The position numbers and the translations under genes are program-made. The notes below the pieces were generated by a model. That model was not told the origin of the DNA, did no database searches, and saw only the letters and a list, made by a program, of their open reading frames with translations. Positions 9,340-19,421 of a stretch of DNA of 43,516 bases are shown piece by piece. The DNA lies in assembly GCA_963783385.1 (NCBI GenBank), contig CAWANJ010000004.1, positions 1 through 43,516 of the forward strand, written 5' to 3'. Positions within the stretch are counted from its first letter, which is position 1; every line of letters starts with the position of its first letter. Origin of the DNA: an uncultured Gemmatimonadales bacterium (GTDB lineage: Bacteria > Gemmatimonadota > Gemmatimonadetes > Palauibacterales > Palauibacteraceae).

Positions 9340-10500
9340 ATGGACTCCGACGCGCACGGGCCACCGGCAAGCCTGCTGAAGCCGAGCCTGTACGCCCTGG
9401 CCGGGGCGTGCCTCCTCGGCGGCATCGAAACGGTGAAGGGCTACGTGGCGGGCCGCTCGGCCCCCAACGCGTTCGGCTGGCCCCAGGCCGCGCTCACCAA
9501 CCTGCCCTGGTGGCTGTTGTGGGGCGCCATGGCCCCGCTGATCTTCGCGCTGGCGCGGGCGTTCCCGTTCGGCGAGGGGCGGAACGGGCGGGCGGTGACC
9601 GTCCACTTCGTGGCGTCGGTGGCCCTGTCGGGCCTCCACCTCGTGCTCTCCGCCCTCGACGTGTGGGCCGCCGTCTCGCACTCGTTCACCACGCTGACGG
9701 CCCAGGTCCGCTCCTTCGTGGTCGGCTACGGAGTCCCGGACCTGGTCACCTACTGGGCGATCCTCGCGGCGTACGCGACCTACGACTCCCACCGCCGCCT
9801 GCGGCAGGCCGAGCGACGCCAGCACGGCCTGGCCATCCGGACCGCGCAGCTGGAGGCGGATCGGGCCCGGCTCAGCGAGAGCATGACGGAAGCGCGGCTC
9901 GACGCGCTCCGCACGGAGCTAAATCCGCACTTCTTCTTCAACGCGCTCCACACGGTCTCGGCGCTCGCCCAGCGTGGCCGGGGGGAGGAGGCCGTCCAGG
10001 TCATCTCCAGGCTGTCGGACTTCCTGCGACGCACCCTCGACGGCGGGCTCGATCACCAGGTGACCCTGGCCGAGGAGCTCGAGCTCCTCGACCTGTACCT
10101 GGACGTCGAACGGGTGAGGTTCGGCGACCGGCTCACCGTGGTGGTCGACGCCGAGCCCGGGACCGCGGACGCCCTGGTGCCGACGCTCGTCCTCCAGCCG
10201 CTCGTGGAGAACGCCATCCGTCACGGGGTGGCGGCGGTCCGTGGCCCGGTGGAGCTGCGCATCTGTGCGGAGCGGCACGGCGATGAGCTCCGGGTGTTCG
10301 TGCGGGACCGCGGTCCGGGCTTCAACGGATCGTCGCGAAGCGCCGGAGACGGCCTGGGTCTGCGGAACACGCGCTTGCGCCTGGCGACCCTGTACGGTCC
10401 ACGCGGGTCCCTGGAGCTCGGCGAGGTACCGGGGGGAGGCGCCGAGGTGCGACTCCGGATGCCGCTCGAATACGAGGACGAGGTCCGTGTCGAAGACTGA
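9340..10500 (+). CDS. LytS/YehU-type membrane sensor histidine kinase
   Basis: N-terminal TM helices, 'ELNPHFFFNALH' H-box, 'LQPLVENAIRHG', 'DRGPG' and 'GLGLRN'. Confidence 0.92.
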   Translation: MDSDAHGPPASLLKPSLYALAGACLLGGIETVKGYVAGRSAPNAFGWPQAALTNLPWWLLWGAMAPLIFALARAFPFGEGRNGRAVTVHFVASVALSGLHLVLSALDVWAAVSHSFTTLTAQVRSFVVGYGVPDLVTYWAILAAYATYDSHRRLRQAERRQHGLAIRTAQLEADRARLSESMTEARLDALRTELNPHFFFNALHTVSALAQRGRGEEAVQVISRLSDFLRRTLDGGLDHQVTLAEELELLDLYLDVERVRFGDRLTVVVDAEPGTADALVPTLVLQPLVENAIRHGVAAVRGPVELRICAERHGDELRVFVRDRGPGFNGSSRSAGDGLGLRNTRLRLATLYGPRGSLELGEVPGGGAEVRLRMPLEYEDEVRVED

Positions 10501-11263
10501 GGAGCTCCGCGTGCTGGTCGTGGACGACGAGCCCCTGGCCCGCTCCATGGCATGCGACCTGTTGCGGGAGCTCGAGGGCGTGTCCGCGCTGCGGCCGTGC
10601 GGGGATGGTCTCGAGGCCGTGCGTCGCATCCGGGAGGAGGTGCCCGACCTGGTCCTCCTCGACGTGCAGATGCCGGCTCTCGACGGCTTCCAGGTCCTCG
10701 AGCGTCTCGGAACCGACCTGCGGTCCGAGGTCGTGTTCGTCACGGCGCATGACCAGTACACGCTGCGGGCTTTCGAAGTGCACGCCCTCGACTACGTCCT
10801 CAAGCCCTTCGAGCCGGGCCGGCTCGGGCGGGCGGTCGAGCATGCCCGGGATCGGATTCGGGCGGGCACGAGCGAGCCGCTGGGGAGCCGTGTCGAGACC
10901 CTGCTGGAGTCGCTTCGCGAGCGGGGATCGGGTCGTTACGCGCGCCGGCTCACGGTTCGACGGGGCGATCGGATTCGATTCGTGGCGCTGGAGGACGTCG
11001 ACTGGATCGAGGCGGCCCGCAACTACGTGCGCCTCCACGTCGGCGAGGAGACCTCCCTGGTCCGCTCGACCCTCAAGGGCCTGCTCCAGCGGCTCGACCC
11101 CGGCCGATTCGTCCGGATCCACCGTTCCGCGGCCGTCAACCTGGACCGGGTGCGCGAGGTGCAGCCGTGGGTCGGGGGCGACTACGTCGTCATACTGGAG
11201 ACCGGGCGGAGGCTCCGTGTCAGCCGCACGTATACGTCCCGCCTCCTGGAGCTCACGCACTGA
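10487..11263 (+). CDS. LytTR family response regulator
   Basis: REC domain (VVDDE, LLDVQMP, FVTAHD, DYVLKP) plus LytTR domain (FVRIHRS, VSRTY). The GTG at 10487 overlaps the kinase 3' end. Confidence 0.95.
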   Translation: MSKTEELRVLVVDDEPLARSMACDLLRELEGVSALRPCGDGLEAVRRIREEVPDLVLLDVQMPALDGFQVLERLGTDLRSEVVFVTAHDQYTLRAFEVHALDYVLKPFEPGRLGRAVEHARDRIRAGTSEPLGSRVETLLESLRERGSGRYARRLTVRRGDRIRFVALEDVDWIEAARNYVRLHVGEETSLVRSTLKGLLQRLDPGRFVRIHRSAAVNLDRVREVQPWVGGDYVVILETGRRLRVSRTYTSRLLELTH

Positions 11264-11405
11264 GGTCCGGGTCGTCGCCCCCCTCCCGCCGGGTCGCTCC
11301 CGATCCCGACCGTGGCTCCGAAGTCCCGCCCATCTTGTAGGATCGATCCCCGCACCGCACCTTGTGGCGCGACCGCGCGACCCTCACCCGGACCGAGCGA
11401 GCCCC

Positions 11406-12014
11406 GTGGACGACGCGTCTGCCTACGAGATCCTGCGCAACCTCTCGTCTCCCATCGTGGCGCTCACTTGCCGCCGGGGCGAGCGGCTGAACGGCATGAT
11501 CGCCAACAGCGCCATCCGCGCCTCCCTCGTCCCGGGAAGCCAGCGCGTGGCCAATTACGTATTCAAGCGCCACCTGACGCACGCTATCCTCTCCGCCACC
11601 GGCCGCTATGTCCTGCACCTCCTCTCCCGCGAGCAGTGGGACGAGATCTGGGCGCTGGGCTTCCACTCGGGCCGCGACGGCGACAAGTTCGCCGGGCTCG
11701 AGTACGAGCTCACCGAGGGCAGCCGCCTGCCGGTGCTGCCGCGCGCCTATGCGTGGATGGAGTGCGAGGTGGTCAACGTCATGGACGCGGGCGCGTCCAC
11801 CTTCTTCATGGGCGAGATCCTGCGCCTCGAGCGCGGCGCGGGGGGCCAGGTGATGGACAGCGAGCACTTCCGCCAGCACATGCCCGAGGCCTGGCGGGAG
11901 CCGTACGAGCGCAACCTGGAGGCGGTCCAGGAGTGGGCGGCCAGCCACGCTCCCGCCATGGACGATGGCCCGTGGCGCGCGCTGCACGCGAGCGCCGGGG
12001 CGGACGGCGCGTGA
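11406..12014 (+). CDS. flavin reductase family protein (DIM6/NTAB-like)
   Basis: 'NGMIAN', 'GFHSGRDGDKFAG', 'AWMECEVVNVMDAGASTFFMGE'. Confidence 0.85.
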   Translation: MDDASAYEILRNLSSPIVALTCRRGERLNGMIANSAIRASLVPGSQRVANYVFKRHLTHAILSATGRYVLHLLSREQWDEIWALGFHSGRDGDKFAGLEYELTEGSRLPVLPRAYAWMECEVVNVMDAGASTFFMGEILRLERGAGGQVMDSEHFRQHMPEAWREPYERNLEAVQEWAASHAPAMDDGPWRALHASAGADGA

Positions 12015-12046
12015 CGCAAGGAACGCCGGAGCCGGGGGAGGGGAGG

Positions 12047-13769
12047 ATGGGACGAGAGGACTCGGGTCCGGTCGGGGGCGGGCTTCCTGGAAAGCGGACC
12101 CATGCTCGCGGCGTACCGGGCGGGAGGCCTGGAGCGGCGAACGCCGCCCGCTCGGGTCCTCAGCATCAGCCTCCTGGCCCTCCTCGTGGCCGGGCTCGCC
12201 AGCCTGGTGTTCCCTTCCTCGCTGGACCAGTACGCGGGCCTCGTGTGGGTGCTGGCGCTGGTTCCCGTGTCGCTCCTGGCCTACTACCGCGGCTGGCGAG
12301 GCGCCGCCCTGGCCACGGTCGGGGCCATGGTCGTCTACATCCTCATCCAGGTCGTCGTCATCCGCCTGATGGGGCGGGAGGTGGACTGGCGCCTGTTCGG
12401 GGCGGTCACGGTCGTGCTCATCGCCGTGACCTTCGCCGTCGGCGGCCGTCATCGAGCTCCTCCACCGCGAGCGGCGGCAGGCGCTCCGCCTGGCCCACCA
12501 GGACCCCTCACAGGGCTGGCCAACCGGCGCCTCCTGCGCCTCGAGGTGGATCGCGCCATGTCGCTGGCGGACCGGCAGGAGAGCCGCGCGGCCATGATCT
12601 ACGTCGACCTGGGGCGCTTCAAGCGGGTGAACGACACGTACGGCCATCGGGCCGGCGACGAGGTGCTCGCCCAGGTCGCGGAGCGCGTGCGGCGCTCGGT
12701 CCGCGCGTGCGACACCGTGGCGCGCGTGGGCGGCGACGAGTTCGCGGTCCTCCTGCTCGACGTTCGGACCATCGGGGACTCCCACGCCGCGGCCCGGCGC
12801 ATCGGCCGCTGCTTCCAGGAGCGCGTTCCGGGCGGAAGACGCCGAGGTCGAACTCACGGCGCGTCTGGGCGTGGCCGTGTATCCCGGATCACGCCCGCAC
12901 CTTCGACGAGCTCCTCTCGAACGCCGACCACGCCATGTACCGGTTGGAGGCCGGGTCGGACACGGAGGTCGCCTTCTTCCACACCTCCTCGCCGATCGGG
13001 GACCTGGGCCTGGAGCCGCTGGGTGACGAGCAGCTCCGCCGGGCGCTGCGGACGGACGTGCTCGACCTGGCGCTCGCGCCGATCCACCGGGTGAAGGACG
13101 GGGCGGTCGCCGGGGCCGAGGCGACCGCGCGCTGGCTCCAGGAGGGGACGATTATGCCGCGCCTGGCGACCTCCCTCGACCCCGACGAGCACCCGCTGCT
13201 GGCTCATCGGCTCGACCTGTGGGCGATCCGCGGTGCCCTGCGAGCAGACTCGCGATGGCCGCGGGCGCGACCGGCGGTCCGGACGGCGGCGGATGGCTGG
13301 CGTGCAACGTGTCGTCCTCCTCGCTCGAGGACCCGAGCTTCCCGCGGCAGGTGGAGCGACTCCTCCGCGAACACGACGGAGACCCCGGGCGCCTGGTCCT
13401 GCAGATCGGAGAACGCGCGGTGATGAGCGATCCGCGTGGTGCGGTCGAGGTGCTGGACGCGCTCCGCTCGCTCGGCCTCCGCGTGGCCATCGCCGAATTT
13501 CGGCACCGGGCCACACGTCGCTCGCCTACCTGGAGCGGTTCCCGGCCGACCTTCTCAAGGTCGACCGCGTGTTCCTGGTCCGGGTCGGGCGGGATCCGCA
13601 CCAGGAGCGGCTGGTGGCGGGCATGATCGCGCTGGGCCAGAGCCTGGACCTCACGGTCGTGGCCGAGGGGATCGAGCGCCCGGAGCAGCGCGAGTGGCTG
13701 GCGGCCACCTCGTGCGACCTGGCGCAGGGCAGGGCGTTCGCCGTGCCGGAGGTGGATCCCGCTGCCTGA
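12047..13769 (+). CDS. membrane GGDEF + degenerate EAL domain protein (several frameshifts)
   Basis: TM helices, 'DPLTGLANRR', an RACD I-site and an intact GGDEF motif, then an EAL-like domain spread over frames (EATARW, LQIGE, AEFGTG, LKVDRVF, VVAEGIE). Start is 12047 or 12102. Confidence 0.85.
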
Positions 13770-14984
13770 GCCGGGCGGTCCGGGCGTCGGCGGGTCCACC
13801 GTCCTCCTCGTCGGACTCGGCCACGTGGGCCGGGCGGTGCTGGAGCGACTGGCGGCCGAGCCTTGGCCGGGCCGGATCGTGGCCTGCCGTCGCGACGCGG
13901 AGCGGGGCGCCGAGGCGTGCCGCCTGGCCCGGGTCGCCGCCCTGGCGTCCGGGGCCGGAGGGGCGGCCGGGGCCTTCGAAGGCTCGCTGCCCGCGGTCGA
14001 GTTCGAGCCCCTGGACGTCACCGATCCGGAGCGCGTGGCCAACGTGGTAGGGCGCACGCGTCCCGACCTCGTCCTCCTCACGATGAGCCTCCAGACCTGG
14101 TGGCTCCCGGCCCTCCTCCCGGAAGAGGCGGCGGCGCCCTTCCGCGGGATCGGGTTCGGCGCCTGGCTGCCGCTCCACCTGCCGCTCGTGCTGGCTGCCA
14201 TGCGCTCGCTGGCGGCGGCCGGCTACGAGGGCCCGGTCCTGTCCGCGCCCTTCCCGGACGTGACCGGTCCGGTGCTCCGCCGCCTGGGCCTGGCCCCGAC
14301 CTGCGGCGTCGGGAACGTGGCCGAGATGGTGCCGAAGCTGCGGGCTCTGGCCGCCGAGCGCCTGGCCGAGTCGGGGGAGGACGTCGGTCCGGAGGACGTG
14401 GAGGTCACGCTCGTGGCGCACCACGCCCTTCTCTCGGCCGCCTACCGGAGCCCGGGCGCGCCAGAGCCCGGGGAGCTGCCGCCCCACCATCTCCGGATCC
14501 GCTGCGGAGGCCGGGACGTGACGGAGGCGGTCGGCGCCGAGGAGCTCCTCCTGCGGCCCTGGCCGCTGCCGGGCGGAGCGGCGTGGGCCTCCCTCACGGC
14601 GGCCTGCACGGTGCGGCTGCTCCGCGCGGTGCTGGCGGACGGGGAGACCCGCCTGCACGCGCCCTCGCCGGACGGCCTCCCGGGCGGCTACCCGGTGCTG
14701 GCCGGAACCGGAGCGGTGCGGCCGGCGCCGATCGAGGGACTCCGCTCGAGGAGGCCATCCGCCTCAACGAGCGCTCGCACCGCTTCGACGGGATCGAGCG
14801 CATCGAGGAGGACGGCACCGTGGTGTTCGCCGAGCGCGTGCGGTCCGCCATGTCCGGGACGCTGGGCTTCGACTGCCCGCGCCTGGCGCCCGACGAGGCC
14901 GCCGCCCGGGGCGCCGAGCTCCGCGAGCGCTTCGTGGCCTACGCGGCCCGCCATGGCGCCGACCTGTCGGCGGGGCGGATCTGA
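13762..14984 (+). CDS. uncharacterised NAD(P)-binding oxidoreductase, saccharopine-dehydrogenase-like (frameshift near 14742)
   Basis: Rossmann motif 'VLLVGLGHVG', plus 'APTCGVGNV', 'GLPGGYPV' and 'DGIERIEEDGTVVF'. The start is uncertain (CTG at 13762 after GGAGG). Confidence 0.7.
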
Positions 14985-15036
14985 CCTCCGGGCGATCGGA
15001 CGGCCGCGCCGAGCGGGTCGGGAAGGAAGGGATCGC

Positions 15037-15789
15037 GTGAAGGGACTGGCCGGCAGGCGGGTGCTGGTGACGGGCGGCGCGAGCGGAATCGGCGCGGCCA
15101 CGGCGGCACGCTTCCTCGACGAGGAGGCCGCCGTGTGCGTGCTGGACCGGGACGCCGACGCACGGGAGGGCACGCTCGAGCGCCTCCCGGGCCTGTCCGC
15201 CTTCGTGGTCGCCGACGTGTCCGTCCCCGCGGAGGTCGAGGCCGGGGTGGCCGCGGCGGCCGGCGCCATGGGCGGGATCGACGTCCTCATCAACAACGCC
15301 GGCATCAGCGTGCGCCACCCCTTCCTCGAGATCACGCTGGAGGAGTGGGATCGCGTTCTGGCGGTGAACCTCACCGGCGCCTTCCTGGTGGCCCGCGCCG
15401 TGGCCGGGCGCATGATGCAGGGGAAGGGCGGCGTGATCCTCAACATGGCCTCCACCAACGCGCTGGCCGGCTACCCGCTGTACGCCGACTACAACGCCTC
15501 CAAGGCCGGGGTGGTGGCCCTCACCCGGACGATGGCCCTGGAGCTGGCTCCGAAGGTCCGGGTGGCCGCCGTGGCGCCCGGCTACGTGCTCACCCCCATG
15601 CAGCGCGCCGAGTACACCGACGCCATGCTGGAGGCGGTGAACCGGAAAGTGCCGATGGGCCGTCACGCCCGGCCCGAGGAGGTGGCCTCGCTGTTCGCCT
15701 TCCTGGCCTCCGAGGAGGCGCCGTTCATCACCGGCCACGTCTATACGATCGACGGGGGCGAGATCGCCGGCGGGCTGGCCAGCCGATGA
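15037..15789 (+). CDS. classical SDR oxidoreductase (probably NAD-preferring)
   Basis: TGGASGIG, an acidic 'VLDRD', NNAG and YNASK. Confidence 0.93.
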   Translation: MKGLAGRRVLVTGGASGIGAATAARFLDEEAAVCVLDRDADAREGTLERLPGLSAFVVADVSVPAEVEAGVAAAAGAMGGIDVLINNAGISVRHPFLEITLEEWDRVLAVNLTGAFLVARAVAGRMMQGKGGVILNMASTNALAGYPLYADYNASKAGVVALTRTMALELAPKVRVAAVAPGYVLTPMQRAEYTDAMLEAVNRKVPMGRHARPEEVASLFAFLASEEAPFITGHVYTIDGGEIAGGLASR

Positions 15790-15803
15790 GAGAGGAGCCC
15801 GAC

Positions 15804-17138
15804 ATGACGCACCGCTCGGACGCATCCGAGGCCCTGTTCGCCCGCAGCGCCGACTCCCTGGTAGAGGGCGGCAGCTCGCCCTCCCGCGGGCCGGCGACCT
15901 ACGGCGCGCACCCGATCTTCATGCGCGAGGCGTCGGGGAGCCGGATCGTCGACGTGGACGGGAACGAGTACGTGGACTGGATGATGGCCTACGGCTGCCT
16001 GCCGCTCGGTCACGCCCATCCCGCCGTGACCGAGGCGATCCGGCGGGCGGCCGGCACCGGCGCGCATTTCGCCACCGCCACGGAGGTGGAGCTCGAGGTG
16101 GCCGAGCTCATCCGCTCGCTCGTCCCCGGCGTCGAGAAGGTGCGCTTCGCCAACACGGGCACCGAGTCGATGATGGCCGTGCTCCGCCTGGTCCGCGGCT
16201 ACACGGGCCGGCCGAAGTTCGTCAAGTTCGAGGGCCACTACCACGGCTGGTACGACGACTACCTGGCCAACGCCCACCCGCGCCCGCCCGCCTCCCTCGG
16301 GCACCGGCGCGACCCGGTGAAGGTGGCCGAGAGCTCGGGGCTGGGCCGGCACGCCCTGGACGACACCGTGGTCGTGCCGTGGAACGACCTCGAGGCGGTG
16401 GAGCGCGCCCTGTCGAACCACCCGGGCCGGATCGCCGCGGTGGTCACCGAGGGGATCATGGCCAACATGGGCGTGATCCCGCCCGAGCCCGGCTACCTGG
16501 AGGGCCTGCGCGCGCTCACCCGGGCGCACGACGTCCTCCTGGTGCTCGACGAGACGGTGACCGGCTTCCGCATCGGCCGGGGCGGCTGCCAGGCGCGATA
16601 CGGGGTCGAGGCCGACCTGGTGAGCTTCGGGAAGGGGATCGGGGCCGGGCTCCCGGTGGCCGCGTTCGGCGGGCGGGCCGAGATCATGGAGGCGCTCGCC
16701 TGGGGCGGCGTGCTCCACTACGGGACGCAGAACGGCTCCCGCATCGGCCTGCACGCCGCCCGCGCCAACCTGGAGGCCCTGTCGGCCGACGGCGGCGCGG
16801 CCATAGAGCACGCGTGGACGATCGGGGAGACGCTCCGCGACGGCCTCCGGGAAGCCCTGGACGAGGCCGGGGTGTCCGCGCTCGTGCAGGGGGTGGGCCC
16901 CATGCTTCAGGTGATGTTCACCGGGGCCGAGGCGATCCGCGACTACCGCGACTACTGCGCGGGCGTCGACGCCGGGCGCTATCGGCGCTTCGCCCTCGCC
17001 CTGTTCGAGCGCGGCGTGTACACGACCCCCTCGGCCGCGCTCCACTGGATGGCCTCGGCCGCCCACACCCACGAGGACGTCGACCGCACCCTGGATGCGG
17101 TGCGGGTGGTGCTGCGGGAGGGGGAGTTCGCGGGGTGA
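15804..17138 (+). CDS. class III PLP aminotransferase, glutamate-1-semialdehyde aminomutase-like (not canonical HemL)
   Basis: 'DVDGNEYVD', 'FANTGTES', 'KFEGHYHG', 'DETVTGFR' and the 'SFGKG' PLP lysine. GAGGAG RBS. Confidence 0.9.
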   Translation: MTHRSDASEALFARSADSLVEGGSSPSRGPATYGAHPIFMREASGSRIVDVDGNEYVDWMMAYGCLPLGHAHPAVTEAIRRAAGTGAHFATATEVELEVAELIRSLVPGVEKVRFANTGTESMMAVLRLVRGYTGRPKFVKFEGHYHGWYDDYLANAHPRPPASLGHRRDPVKVAESSGLGRHALDDTVVVPWNDLEAVERALSNHPGRIAAVVTEGIMANMGVIPPEPGYLEGLRALTRAHDVLLVLDETVTGFRIGRGGCQARYGVEADLVSFGKGIGAGLPVAAFGGRAEIMEALAWGGVLHYGTQNGSRIGLHAARANLEALSADGGAAIEHAWTIGETLRDGLREALDEAGVSALVQGVGPMLQVMFTGAEAIRDYRDYCAGVDAGRYRRFALALFERGVYTTPSAALHWMASAAHTHEDVDRTLDAVRVVLREGEFAG

Positions 17139-17905
17139 GCGAGAACGCCGCCTTCGCGGGCCGCGTCGCCCTGGTCACCGGCGGCGCCTCCGGGATCGGC
17201 CGGGCCACCTGCCTCCTCCTGGCCCGCCGCGGCGCCCGGGTAGCCGTCGTCGACCTCGATCGCGCGGGCGGCGCGGCCGCGAAGGCGGCGATCGAGGCGG
17301 AGGGCGGGGAAGCGGTCTTCCTCGCCGCGGACGTGAGCCGCACGGGGGACTGCGGGCGAGTCGTCGAGGCGGCCGAGCGCGAGCTGGGCCCGGTCGACGT
17401 GCTGGTGAACTCCGCCGGCGTCATCCACCGGGGCTCCGTGCTCGAGACCTCCGACGAGGATTGGGAGCGCCTCATGGCCGTCAACGTCGGGGCCGCCTTC
17501 CGCATGGCCCGGGCGGTCCTCCCCGGCATGACCGGCCGCGGGTGCGGGGCGATCGTCAACGTGGCCTCGGGCTGGGGCCTGGTCGGCGGCCCCCGGGCCG
17601 CGGCCTACTGCGCCTCCAAGGGCGCCGTCGTGCAGCTCACCCGCGCCATGGCCATCGACCACGGCCCCGACGGCGTGCGGGTCACCTGCGTGTGCCCCGG
17701 CGACACCGACACGCCCATGCTCCGCCAGGAGGCCCGCGAGCTGGGCGAGGACGAGGCGGCCTTCCTGGCCGGGGCCGCCGACCGGCCGCTGGGCCGGGTG
17801 GGCCGTGCGGAGGAGGTCGCCGAGGCGATCGCCTGGCTGGCCGGCGACGCCGCTTCCTTCGTCACCGGGACCTGCCTGGTCGTGGACGGGGGCGGGCTGG
17901 CGTAA
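17135..17905 (+). CDS. classical SDR oxidoreductase
   Basis: TGGASGIG, NSAG, YCASK and 'CPGDTDTPM'. GTGA overlap with the aminotransferase stop. Confidence 0.93.
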   Translation: MSENAAFAGRVALVTGGASGIGRATCLLLARRGARVAVVDLDRAGGAAAKAAIEAEGGEAVFLAADVSRTGDCGRVVEAAERELGPVDVLVNSAGVIHRGSVLETSDEDWERLMAVNVGAAFRMARAVLPGMTGRGCGAIVNVASGWGLVGGPRAAAYCASKGAVVQLTRAMAIDHGPDGVRVTCVCPGDTDTPMLRQEARELGEDEAAFLAGAADRPLGRVGRAEEVAEAIAWLAGDAASFVTGTCLVVDGGGLA

Positions 17906-17920
17906 GTTGTCGGGCCCCCC

Positions 17921-18004
17921 GCCGGGGTGGCGGAACTGGCAGACGCGGAGGACTTAAAATCCTCTGGGCTTCGGCCCTTGCGGGTTCGACTCCCGCCCCC
18001 GGCA
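17921..18004 (+). tRNA. tRNA-Leu (anticodon TAA), CCA not encoded
   Basis: Acceptor stem GCCGGGG/CCCCGGC-A, D arm GCGGAACTGGCAGACGC, anticodon arm GAGGA-CTTAAAA-TCCTC, long variable arm GGGC-TTCG-GCCC and GGTTCGACTCC T loop. Confidence 0.97.
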
Positions 18005-18062
18005 TGGCTCCGCACGGGCTTCGCCCGGGTCCGCCGGGGCCCCCGAACCCCTCCGATCCGGG

Positions 18063-19199
18063 TCAGCTCGACGCGGATGCCCGGCCCGAGCGCACGTCCC
18101 GCTCGGCCCGGGCCGCCTCCCGCTCCGAGATCCCGAGCTCCTGCTGCAGGCGGCGCAGTATGCTCCGCTCCCTGACGGAGATCACGCCGTCGGCGACCGC
18201 GCCCTCCAGCGCCGCCCGATAGACCTGGTGCTTGCGGGCCCGGAGGTATTCGGGCGTGTCCTGCACGCCTCCCATGAGACGATTCGCCACTCCCTCGGCG
18301 AAGCGCTGCACGGGCTTCAGGGCCAGCACAATGGCGGCGGACACCAGGAATCCGAGCAGGGCGCCGTTGACCGGTATGATCCGATCCAGCACATAGCTCC
18401 CCGTGAAGAAGGCGGTGCCGAACACGGCCCCTACCGTGCTCCGCGTGAGGGCGACCTTGAGTTTCAGGTCCAGGTCGAACAGCTGCCAGCGCAGCACCCC
18501 GTAGGCCAGCAGCACGACGTAGAAGAACAGCGCCAGCTGCCACGCGGAGTTGTACATGAAGTCGCCCCAGACCGGAATGGGACGCAGCACGGGGTAGAGC
18601 AGGAAGGTGAGGCCCGTATATGCGTCCCGGATCCCGAACGCGATGGCGAACCACTTCGCGCGCGAGCGGGCCGCCGTCCCCGGCCGCGACCTGCGGTACC
18701 CGTCGAGCGCCGCCGCCAGGCCGAGCAGCGACGCGAGGCCGACGACCTGCGCCAGTCGCTCCCCGGCGGGCGCGAAGTGGTAGTTCCACGTGGCCCAGTC
18801 GGGCGAGTACAGCGCGCCCATGAACGTCTCGGGCGACGCCACCAGCCAGACCGCGGCCGTGGCGCTGCCGAGCGCCAGGAGTCCGTAAGCCAGGCGGGAA
18901 CGGAACGGTCGCACCAGCGGCGAGTCGACCGCGACGGCGAGGAAGGCCGGGTACTGGAAGGGCAGGGTCGCCAGCATGGCCAGCGACACCGACACGACCA
19001 GGCGGAACGTCCCGGGGTCGTCGACCAGGAAGGACACCGCGCCCAGCGTCGATGCGCAGCCCTCCAGGAACAGGAGAACCGTCAGCCGCCGGTTGAGCGA
19101 CCGCTCGGGCGCAGTCCGGGCGACGACGATGGCCTCGGTCCAGGCCGTGAGGCCCGTGAGGAGGCCGGGCAGCGCCCAAGAAGTCCAGGTGAGACCCAT
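18063..19199 (-). CDS. multi-pass membrane protein with C-terminal TerB/DjlA-like helical motif
   Basis: About 7-9 hydrophobic helices followed by 'AVADGVISVRERSILRRLQQELGIS'. ATG at 19199. Confidence 0.75.
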   Translation of the reverse strand: MGLTWTSWALPGLLTGLTAWTEAIVVARTAPERSLNRRLTVLLFLEGCASTLGAVSFLVDDPGTFRLVVSVSLAMLATLPFQYPAFLAVAVDSPLVRPFRSRLAYGLLALGSATAAVWLVASPETFMGALYSPDWATWNYHFAPAGERLAQVVGLASLLGLAAALDGYRRSRPGTAARSRAKWFAIAFGIRDAYTGLTFLLYPVLRPIPVWGDFMYNSAWQLALFFYVVLLAYGVLRWQLFDLDLKLKVALTRSTVGAVFGTAFFTGSYVLDRIIPVNGALLGFLVSAAIVLALKPVQRFAEGVANRLMGGVQDTPEYLRARKHQVYRAALEGAVADGVISVRERSILRRLQQELGISEREAARAERDVRSGRASASS

Positions 19200-19342
19200 G
19201 CGTACCCCCGCGATCCGGACGACCCGGCACGGCGTGAGATTTGGGCCGGGGGAAGCTAGAGGACACGTTCGAGCGGACGCAATGCCGGACTCGACGACCG
19301 GGATCGGCGACGATGCGCTCTCCTCCGGCTTGCGGTCGGACG

Positions 19343-19348
19343 TATAAT
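19343..19348 (+). promoter_or_regulatory. perfect sigma70 -10 hexamer TATAAT upstream of the UBP zinc-finger gene
   Basis: Consensus hexamer in a GC-rich intergenic region. No good -35 element found. Confidence 0.4.
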
Positions 19349-19421
19349 GCCGGGGCCGGGAGTCGCCTGGCGCGGCGCACCGTGCCCCGGGTCGGCTCCA
19401 GCGCCCCCGACAGGAGGTCCC

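Noticed and set aside
13825-15789. 654-aa oxidoreductase-SDR fusion
   Set aside because: Produced by the indel near 14742. The true C-terminus lies in another frame ending at 14984, and the SDR has its own start.
15804-17138. hemL assignment
   Set aside because: It lacks the HemL N-terminal signature and sits among SDRs rather than heme genes.
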